Origin: Raillietiella orientalis
Lineage: Eukaryota
DNA: 64,000 bases
Reading direction: 5' to 3'
Assembly: GCA_036172245.1 (NCBI GenBank)
Contig: JAYWIR010000014.1
Coordinates: 2,728,001-2,792,000 of the forward strand
Shown: in pieces, positions 25,610 to 34,839 of the stretch
Layout: the number at the start of each line of letters is the position of its first letter
How positions within the stretch are numbered: position 1 is the stretch's first letter
Position numbers and translations under genes: made by a program
The notes under the pieces: model-generated
Seen by the model: the letters and a program-made list of their open reading frames with translations, nothing else
Database searches by the model: none
Told to the model about the DNA's origin: nothing

Positions 25610-26964
25610 TCAAAGGATGGTAAGGTCGCATTACCTGTTTGAAGATGCATTCTTCGGACGCACGGAACGTTCATCTGCTGCTGATAAACGCAGGCTGTCT
25701 CCACTGGAGCAAGGAAAGTAGCAAGGAATCTCTGAGGGCTCTTCCGAAAAGGAGAAGTGCGTCAAAAGACGCCCTAGTCGTCGGGGAGGAACTGCACATT
25801 CCTTACCGAGGCAACAAAAGACGCTGCGAAGTACAAGGAGCAACAGCATCGGCGAATGGTGGAAAGTCAGGTCCCAGGTGGCTGGGCTCCTGCGAAACGC
25901 ATAAGAACTGCATCCTCCACACTCAGCAAGCAGAAGATGTTTCAGAGATGTTCCGGATCTTCCCTTGAACCACTTCCGCTCCGCTTCAGGATAAAGGCGG
26001 AAAACCCCAGGAGATAGCAGAAGAGGTGGGCAGAGCTTACCTTCATATCTGAGTGGTAGGGCAGTCCGAGTACTCAAGGGTCCTGGAGCTATCCTTGCGA
26101 CTACTGCCAGACGCTGCCAGGGTTGAAAGCCGAGACACCCTAAAACATGCCATTCGCTGTCCCCGAGCATGCAGTAGGGCAGCGGCAGGATTCTATGGCA
26201 AGAGGGTGTAGGGAAGAGGACGTCCAGGATCTCATCCTGCACTCTGGAACCAGCGCCCTAGGAGGTCCCCTCAACAGACTGTAAAAGGCCCGGTTTCGCG
26301 GGAAAAAAGATCCGGATCCCCAGATAATCTCGACACGTGTGAAAACCGACGCAGAAGCTGTTGAGACTCGGAACGCTCAGTTTCCACCGCAACACGGCTG
26401 CTCCGATCTATCCTATGGAAGCAGGTGGAAACGGCCGCATTTCTGGACCGCGTCAGCACATCGGAAAAAGACTGGACGCACAGGAGAAAATGCGGCTAAG
26501 AGATGGGGGCTCACGGGCGAGGAAGCGAATACAGTCCTCCGGGGACGGCACGTAGACGTGGCAACGGGTCTGCGTCCTCATCGCGCAAGGTCAGCACCAT
26601 CAGCTGACCTGAATTCAACTACTCCGACAGCTACTGATCCGAGTCATTAAGCAATGGGTCCTTCCACCAAAGCAGGAAGACGTTTCTCCCTAAGAAAGAT
26701 GATGATCCGCTGGAACTTAGCCGGTGAAGGCCAATGGCAGTCCCGAACGCGGACGCCCGGTGGTCTGTACGTGTGTCAGAAACGCAGATGATACAAATGC
26801 GGAGTGGATTCAGATACTGATGACCCCGACGCTCAGGTCGGCAGCATTCGAAGGATAAAGAGGGAACAGTAAGGTAAAGATGAGGATCTAAAAGGATGAA
26901 TAGACAGAAATGAATCAGTGAATCGATTATGGAAAATTCACTGGATGGTGTCGCGCAGCTCAAA

Positions 26965-27457
26965 CAAGGGAAAGAGATTTCCAGGAGTTCAATGGGGATC
27001 TCCTTGCAGTGGAGAAGACCTTTGAGTTGGACTGAGAGGATTCGTCAGCTGGTTGACGAGCCGTCCAACATCCCAAGTTTTTTCTTCTCTGCGATTTCTC
27101 AGATCACCTCCTAGAACGGTTCCGGTTGAACACTGGTCACTTCCTCCCGATTCAGCGTGACCTGCTCATTATTACATAATTGTTCGTCCACGGCCGTCCC
27201 AGTGATGCTCCCGCTGGGACGGCCGTGGACTTCTGCCTGCTTGCACACGCGTCCACTCCCCCGCGGATCAGCTCGAAGCGGTCCCTTGAGTGGCTGTCTC
27301 CTCGTAGGATCCCCGCCACTCAGGGGGTGCTGCACGGTTAGTGGCCGCTGGAGCAAACGTGGAGAGAGTATCTAGCCACGCGGAACTCAGGAAGGCAAGC
27401 AGAGTAGCCGGGAAGCCAGAGACGGGCCAGGAACTCCTGGATGATGCAGTCGAAAGC
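26965..27457 (-). mobile_element. Downstream half of interrupted RT host 'G', plus an A2-like ORF2 segment
   Basis: Minus strand from 27457 reads AFDCIIQEFLARL/GFPATLLAFLSSAWLD...GILRGDSHS...FELI, collinear with B's AFD.VD...GFPALLVAYLSSSWRD...GIRQGDSLS...FELV. 26990-27180 is homologous to 21850-22035. Confidence 0.75.
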
Positions 27458-30400
27458 CCGCCTCGTTTCGCTCGGCAAAAGTGTGGTTCCTCCCTAAGGG
27501 AGGAGATCTGAGGAGCATGAGCAACTGGATCTCATCACAATAGTGAATGCGGACTCCAAGTTGCTGGCTAAGTTGTGGGCAGAGCGACTGGGACGGGTTG
27601 CTAACGCCTTCATCAGCCCGTCACAGACGTATGCTGTTCCCGGGTGAGGCATGGAGGCTAACCTGTTCCACTCTTCCACCTCGCTGGAGCTCCAACATGA
27701 AAGGGGCTTGGTGCGCAACCGGAATTCCGGCGCGTCCGTCGGCAACGGGTTGGATGGTCGGGTGGTGGAGGGAGCCCTTGCGGTCGCAGTCGACTTGCAA
27801 AAAGCATTCGATTTTCACCCGGATTTGGCCGGGGCGTTTATTTAAAAATAAACTTTTACAAAGACGTACAGTACACGCACGAAGGAACACAGAGCCTGCC
27901 GGGTCACCGGTTCGCAGACCGGTACGGTCCACCACGGCAGCAGGGGGGAAGGGGGAAAAACAAAAAACTAAACAAAAAGAAAAGAAAAGGTGGGAGGGTA
28001 CGGGAAGGGATCACTGAAGCTGGTGGGGCCGTTGCATCCTTCGCAGGATGCCGGCAAGCTCTTTCTTCATTCCTGGATCCAGGTGGGGCCATCGCGACGC
28101 CCTCCGCAAAAATTCGGCGGCATGCTGGATGGCACCCTTATCGTGGGGTCCTCCCGTAGCTTTACTCCAAGCGGCGAAGATCCCGCGTAGGCAGCACAGC
28201 GCTGCTAACGAGGACGCAGGCCGAAGAGCGTCGGCAACGAAGAGGGCTTTCAATGCGTCCCTGGGGTTGCCGCAGGGGATACCCATGGCCGCGGCAAAGC
28301 GGAACCAAAGGGGCCGAAGGCAAACACAATCCACAAGGAAGTGGGGGAGGGACTCCCGTTCCCCACACCTAACACAATTGGGGTCGACCGCTCCCCAGGT
28401 CCAGTGGTGTCGGCGGGCATTGCAGGGTAGTCCCCAATGCTGCAACAGTAGAGCCGACTCCTGCCATTCTAAGGGGAGGGTGGAAGTGTTCATGAGCACC
28501 GGGTGCCGCTTCAGATGTTCAATGGGAACATCGAGCAGCGCGCCCCAGCTCAGAAGTCCATTGGGAGGCGTACTCGGGGTCGCAGAGTCTGTTAACTGGC
28601 CCGTCAAAAAGCATTCCTCTGCGTCGACCAGAGACTCCTGCTGGAGCTTCTGGAACGCTTGGGCTTCCCGGCCTTATTAGTGGCCTATCTGAGCTCCAGC
28701 TGGCGCGACGCTCTCATCAACGTTTCTTTCAGCGGGCAGATCGTGCACGACATGCCGGTGCGGCGTGGGATACGGCAGGGAGACAGCCTGAGCCCCTTGC
28801 TCTTCAGTACCTACTTCGAGTTGGTACTGAGGGCGTACAGGGAAACTCTGGCGCACCGCACGCACGATTGTGCCGGTACGTCTACGGTGTCAGCATACGC
28901 AGACGACCTTCTGCTGCTGCTCCCCATGTCCACCTCAGCTTCAGCGGCCGTCGGGGATTTCTTCGATCTGCTTAGTCGCGGGACCGGACTGCAGGTCAAC
29001 AGGGCGAAGTCGTTGGTGGTGCCAGTTGGTGCGACGTAGGCAGGACGGCCTGACCAGATCCGTTTCGGGATTCCTACGGTCAGGTACCTGAAGTACCTGA
29101 GTGTTCCGTTGGGAGACTTCTGCCCAACAGAAGCCTGGTCAGGTCGTCTCCAGAAAGTGGAGTTGGCAATCGGCCCGTTCCTGGAAGGCAAGTTTCACTT
29201 GCCTGAGCGGGCCGCGGTTTGGAACGCCTTCGCGGTCCCCATCCTCCGCCCCCTACTTTTTGCCTGCCCCATCCCCGTGGAAATTAAGAAGAGGACCAAG
29301 GACCTCCTCCGCATCGCCCTCTGGGGTAAGGGGAGGCCTCGAGCCCCTTTGAAGGATTTGTGCGCTCCGCGTCGGGACGGCAGTCTTAGCCTCTCGACGC
29401 TGGAGCGCATCGAAATTCAGCTGCGATGGCGCACCATGGCCATCGCAGCGAAGCTGTAGAGCACCCCTTGGTGCATTTCGGCCCGCCTCCTCGCTAGCCG
29501 TGTGTCTCGGTGCGATGGACTCGCGTCTTTTCTTCTGTGCCGCGGTCGGAAGATCCGAAGATGCGGCCTACTGCTCGGGCGCATGGCAACCCTGGCGAAG
29601 GAGAACAGCTGGATGGTTTGCTGCCCCGCCAACTCCTCCGCCTGGTTGGAGGAGACTGCTGGCACCTGGACAGAGCTGAACCGGAGGAGTTACGAAATGT
29701 TGAACTGTCTGCGTACTGGCATATACTCCCGCCGCACTCTGCGGGAAATACTGCAACCCCCCCGGAGTTGCAGCTGGGCGGAGACGACTCCTCTTGCCAT
29801 GGCGATGCCCTTCCTGAGGAGGGCGCTTCACGGCGGCCGGACGCCGAGGTAGCAAGTCTCTTGCCGGATCGCAGGCAGGGAGAAGATGATCAACAGCTGG
29901 ACCATGGGAGAACTGGCGGGCACCACGACCGCGACCGTCCAGCCGAGAGGACTTCTGAGATGGGGCGAGCTGCTCGCCATCCCGATAGATGAGCTGAAGT
30001 GGCCCCCAGTAATGAAGGAATCCAGGATCCTGCCCCTTAAGTGGCAAGAGTCGGCGTTGCTACTGTTGCACTGGGGTTTACCCTGCAACGCACGGCGCTT
30101 CCACTGGACAAGGGGAGCTGTGGATCCTGAGTGTCCCAGGTGTGGGGAGCAGGAATCGCCCCCCCACCTCATCGTTGATTGTGCTGCCCTCCGACCCCTT
30201 TGGGAACGGTTGGGGACGACCCTCGGGCTCCCTATGGGCAGCGCGCGCAGAGACGTTTTCCGGTTCCTCTTCGTGCGGGACGCCTTGCAGCCAGTCCTCG
30301 CAGTACTATGCTGCGTTCGAGGCATCGTGGCGGTCTGGAGCGATGCCAACAACGAAGATCGAGACTCGAACGAGAGGGATGCCATCCAGCCTGCAGTATG

Positions 30401-30714
30401 CTTCATGAAGAGAGCTGCTGGATGGCCCCAACTGGGACCAATGCAGATGGACCTCGAGGGCTTCCTTCGACGGATGGGCCCTCCTCCCAGTGAACTGTGA
30501 TCCCTTCCTTGCCCTCCAAACTCTTTTTATTTCTTTATTTTTTTATTTTTTTTTTTGTTTTTTCCCCTTCATCTTTCACTGCCTAGGGGAGCCACGCCGG
30601 ACTGCGTCCCGGCGTCCCTGCAGGTCCGGTGTTGTGTGACCGTTAGTGGGGCCTCGCACCACGTAATCTGTTGACAAGAAGGAGTTTTAATAAACGTCCC
30701 GGCGTATCCGGGTG
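27458..30714 (+). mobile_element. L1/Tx1-like retrotransposon copy 'B': 5'-truncated ORF2 with RT and C-terminal CCHC, interrupted by D
   Basis: WFLPKGGD..NW..ITIVNADSKLLAK, SPSQTYAVPG, AVDLQKAFD, RRGIRQGDSLSPLLF, SAYADDL, TGLQVNRAKS, LKYL(S)V, HWGLPCNARRFHWTRGAVDPECPRCGEQESPPHLIVDC. A few stops and frameshifts. T-rich UTR and 3' end AATAAACGTCCCGGCGTATCCGGGTG. Confidence 0.92.
27812..28604 (-). mobile_element. 5'-truncated L1/Tx1-like copy 'D' inserted antisense into the DLQKAFD motif of B
   Basis: Open 198-aa C-terminal ORF2 (28011-28607) with CVRCGERESLPHFLVDC and 3' end AATAAACGCCCCGGCCAAATCCGGGTGAAAA. TSD CAAAAAGCATTC at 27798-27809 and 28605-28616. Confidence 0.92.
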
Positions 30715-31869
30715 GCATCGCCGCCGCATCAACCGATGCGGACTCCAGCTACGGAGGGTGGCTGCACTGATACGGAAAAACCAAGGATTGATCACCTGTC
30801 ACCCCTCGAACGGTCCTCGTGACTGGCTGCAGGAAACCGTTCGCACGTGGGCACAGAGCAGCATACAACGCGCCGAACAGGAACGACGGTTTCTGTTCGG
30901 GCGCTACAGAAGTTGCACACTCCGAGAGATCCTGGAGGATCCAATGAAGAGAGCGTGGTCAGGAAGAACCCCCCTCGCTGCTGCGCTGCCTTCCCTGAGG
31001 GAAGATCTGGACAGCGATGTTGCGGCGAAGTGGAAGGTTGACATAAAAATCTCCGAAAGGGAGAAGAAAATAGGAGACTGAAAGACGGGTCAGCTAACTG
31101 ACACTGCGACCCCGAGTACACCTTCCCATGGACTTCTGCGCTGGAGTGTGCTGCTCGATTCTCCGGATGAACATCTGAAGTGGCTTCACCGCCACCTTCC
31201 CCTTAAAATGGCAGGAGTTACTGTTGCTACACTGGGGACTCCCATGCAATTCCCGCCGGCACCATTGGACCTGGAGAACGGTGAACCCTAACTGTGTTAG
31301 GTGTGGGGAACGGGAGTTCTTTCCCCACCACCGTGTGGATTGTGTTACCCTCGGTCCTTTTGGCTACGCTTTGCCGCGGCCATCGGAATCCCCTGCGGCA
31401 ACCCTAGACCGCACTGGAAGTCCTCTTCGTGTCCGACGCCTTTCGGCCTGCGGCCTCGTTAGTAGCCCTGTGCTGCCTTCGTGAGATCGTCGCCTCTTGA
31501 AGCAAGGCAACGGAAGGACCTCGCGATAAGGGTGCCATCCAGCGCGGTGCCGAATTTTTGGAGAGGGAGTCGCGATGGCTCCACCTGGATCCAGGAATGC
31601 AGAGAGCTTGCCGGCATCCTGCGAAGGATGCAACGGCTCCAGCAGCAACAGTGATCCCTTCTTGCACCCTACCACGTTTTCTTTTCTTTTTGTTTAGTTT
31701 TTTGTTTATCCCCTCTTCCCCCTGCTGCCATGCTGGACCGTACCGGTCTGCGAACCGGTGACCCGGCAGGCTCTGTGTTTCTTTGTGCGTGGCTGGAGCG
31801 CTGGTCCAGCCACAGCGCGTGTTAAAGTTTGTTTTTTATGATAAAGCCCCGGCGAAAACCGGGTGAAAA
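30715..31869 (+). mobile_element. 5'-truncated L1/Tx1-like copy 'C' (same subfamily as D), head-to-tail after B, with its 3' end at the DLANAFD motif of G
   Basis: LLHWGLPCNSRRHHWTWRTVNPNCVRCGERE; 3' UTR nearly collinear with D; 3' end GATAAAGCCCCGGCGAAAACCGGGTGAAAA. The B+C block is flanked by TSD TCGAAAGC (27450-27457 and 31870-31877). Confidence 0.9.
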
Positions 31870-32105
31870 TCGAAAGCGTTTGCAAGGTCGACCACCGCCG
31901 TCAACGACATGCCTTTCTGGGCGATGCCTCCCTTGCTCGCACCAGACCGGTAGTTAAAAGTCCTTCGGCTGTCGGGCGCAACCCTCTTCTGCAGCAGAAT
32001 CCAGGAAGAGCAGGTCGTTCTCCGTGTTCCTCCCAAGGACAGTGCACGACTGATCTGGAGTGACCACCGAGTTTGTTACTCGCTCCAGACGCGCAGTCTT
32101 CCGAG
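31870..32105 (-). mobile_element. Upstream half of interrupted RT host 'G'
   Basis: Minus strand ARLERVTNSVVTPDQSCTVLGRNTENDLLFL...AVVDLANAFD, homologous to but clearly divergent from B's AERLGRVANAFISPSQTYAVPG.GMEANLF...AVDLQKAFD. Confidence 0.8.
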
Positions 32106-32109
32106 AAGT

Positions 32110-33480
32110 CTGGCGTCCGAATTCACGACCGCGCTCGGAAGCCAGCTATCGGGCTGAGCAGGCTGACGAACGGCCCTTGCCGATCGGAGCAAGGGGTCAC
32201 GTCGCCCATCCCCTGATCAACTTTGTAGTCTGTAGCACCAGGAAGAGCTCAGTTCGTCCGAGAAATCGGAATGCAGCTCCACAGGCAGGGTGCTGTCTTT
32301 CCTTTGAGATTTGCGATGACATCCAGGATTTCTGCCATCATTGAGGGACCATGGAGTTTTGCGCGCGGCGGGAGCGTTTTCCGGCTGCAACTGCTGTGCG
32401 GAGTCTCTCTCTTCATACACGGAAGAGGGGGGCGACCTAACACAGATGCGGCGCATGTCGGCCGGAGCTCATGACCTTGCTTGTCCAGCAGGCACTACTT
32501 GGGTGTGCCTCTTTATGGGAATCTGGAAGCATCGTTTTCCTTTCACTGGGGGCAGATTTTGCTACTGTCCACTCTTTTTCTTTTCCTCCCCCACCATTCC
32601 TGCACCCTCATCTCTTCTTTCTCCCCTACCTGCTCCCAAGGGGATTTCCGTATTGCCGGTTGGCAGTACTTGAGAATGCACCTTGGCCTGTTATTCCAAT
32701 CTCGTTTGCCTCTCCTTTTCATTTCGGTTCCTGTTTTCCCATTCATTCTCTTTCGGGTGTTTTGCTTGCGGGTAGTCACGGTGAGGTTGCACCCAGGCAT
32801 ACAGCGCGCATTTGATGGAGAAAATTGGTGCTTTCTCCCGGCTCTCCTTTTCCCATCACTTTCGCGCTCACCGCCAGGAGACGGAGGCACCTCATCCCTG
32901 CAGCATGCAGGGAAGTGGACTGCAGCCCCGAACTGTGGCGCGCATTGATACGCAAAGTCCTCGGCGCAGCTTTCACTCCTCATCGCGGGGTTCAGGTTCT
33001 CCTCCGAATGGCACTCGTTGTCACGTGGTCTTCCAGGACCGTCGCGATTCACATGCCCATCACCTTCAGCAGGACACTCTTGAGATGAACGCACTAATGA
33101 GAGTGATTCACCTCCGAGGAAAGACTCTTTCTCTTCCCCGTTACTAGTGGCGGACGCTGCCCAAGCAGCGAATCCTTTCAGGATAGATCCCGGAACTTCT
33201 CTGTCCCAGAGGCGTAAGGAAGACGAGATCTTTGACTTCTGTACTCCTTTGTGGCATGTTTCGCACCTACTCTCCCTACCTTGTTAAGGGGGATACTTCT
33301 GCAGCTGCTCTCTACCTGTACCTGCAGCTCCCATCAGAAGGATGCGCTGCTTGTGAGGCTGCGGCAGAAGCCTTACAAGGAGGATCGCTGTGTTTGGGGG
33401 ACTCATGGATTGCTGGGTGCCCTTCCGTTTCTCTTCCCAGAGGTGGCCTCTAGTTGACTTGGACGTGTTTCTTTCCTTGT
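32110..33480 (+). mobile_element. Decayed RT C-terminal half and zinc finger 'J', probably the continuation of host K
   Basis: EQGVTSP (~32180), PLRF(A)DDI with a 1-nt deletion (~32300-32325), RHYLGVPL (~32490), WRTLPKQR...LCPRG..EDE (~33145-33230). Frameshifted throughout. Confidence 0.55.
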
Positions 33481-33756
33481 GGCTTTCTTGATACTTTGGG
33501 CACCCTTAGGGAAGCCACATCGAACAAGGACGACCAAAGAGTAGAAAACAACACTCCCGCAGACGAAAAGGTTCCTTCTTACTAGGTGAGATCAAAGACC
33601 CTGAAGAGGATTATCTACTAATTCTTCAAGATAGGGAGTGCTTCAGGGGGGGAACACCATATGAATCCAGTAAGTGCTCCGCGGAGAAGGGACGTCCGTT
33701 CCTTTCACGCCTAAGAGGGATCTCCGAAGGGAACCCTCCGCCCTAGTTGTCTTCGA

Positions 33757-34820
33757 TTTCCACCTGGACACCCCGGGGCATCTCTTACAATGTAAAGGAA
33801 ACTAGCAGATTGTAACGGGACGCGCTTGGTGACCCTGCCATGCTCCGTCTGTCCGTGGACCGGCCGGGTCGCCGATGCGCGGACTGGAGGGGGGAACTCC
33901 CCTCGGCAGCGAAGAGAGAGGGAAGAAAACAAAAAATTAAAATAAAAAAAAGACAGTAAATAAAAATAAATAAAAATCTTTGGGAGGGTCGGGAAGGGAT
34001 CAACGTCCACTGGAGGGAGTCTGTATCCTTTTAATCTTGGATGCCGGCTAGGTCCGTCCGAATAGGTCCCAGATGGGGCCACCTGGCCGCCATCCGCAGA
34101 AAGTAAACTGTGAGCTGGAGGCGTCCCTCCCGTTTCTTCCTCTGTCGGCTTCGCTCCGAGCCACCGCTGCAATCCCGCGGATGCAGTAAGGCGCTGCTGG
34201 GGCTGCGTCTGGCCTCAGGGTGTCCCACACGAAGAGGAACCGTGAAACGTCTCTGGGGAAGGTGCCATCCCGGATCCGGAGGATCATCCCGAAACGTTGC
34301 TATGGAGGTCGGAGGGCAACACGGTCCACGAGCAGGTGCAAGAGTGATTCCCGTTCCGCCCCGCACCTGCGAAACAGCAGTGTCGGAGAATACGATTATC
34401 AGTTCTGTGAAGAGCACCATTTTGCCTTCAGGGCAAACAATGGCAGCAGCTGGCCGGTGTTTGGCTGCGACAGTCCGGGGTCTCCCTCCCCAGCGTCCAG
34501 CGGTGTCGGCGTGCGTTGCAAGGAAGACCCTGGTGCAATAGCAGCAGAAGTGCCTGGTAAGCATTCAATTCAGCCATGGCTGTCGCTGATGGTGCTGCAG
34601 CCACAGCACTCCATTTTCTCTCTCCCGGAATCATCTTCCGTGGGAACGGACGTCCCCACCTCCATTGCTTCGGGAGAGGAATTGGCCTGATCTCCCCCAA
34701 CATCCATTCCTCAAACATTGCTGCCATGTGGACACCGTCGATGCACCATTAAGAAAATACCAAGGGAAATCCCCAACTTCAGGTTAGACGGAGCACTGGG
34801 AAAAACGTCCGCGCCGTATG
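33757..34820 (-). mobile_element. 5'-truncated L1/Tx1-like copy 'H'
   Basis: YQALLLLLHQGLPCNARRHRWTLG, RCGAERESLLHLL, CCIRGIAAV-like, RWPHLG; T-rich UTR; degenerate 3' end GCCCCGGGGTGTCCAGGTGGAAA. Imperfect TSD GTTGTCTTCGA (33746-33756) / GTTGTCCCCGA (34821-34831). Confidence 0.8.
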
Positions 34821-34839
34821 GTTGTCCCCGAACCCCTTC

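Larger units (their letters stand above)
24060..26960 (+). mobile_element. Old non-LTR host element 'K': decayed ORF1 (gag-like) followed by the RT N-terminal part; interrupted by copies E and F
   Basis: ORF1-like LVVGEELHIPYRGNKRRC (~25770-25830) and knuckle-like RCQG...RCPR (~26110-26170). RT motifs TFLPKKDDDPLELSR*RPMAVPNAD (~26680-26755) and IDMENSLDGVAQ (~26922-26958, a degenerate DxxKAFD). Many stops and frameshifts. Confidence 0.55.

Noticed and set aside
27780..31900. C and D with their shared AFD junction as one inverted segmental duplication
   Set aside because: Flanking host RTs (G and B) are far more diverged than C and D, each insert has its own TSD, and their 5' truncation points differ.
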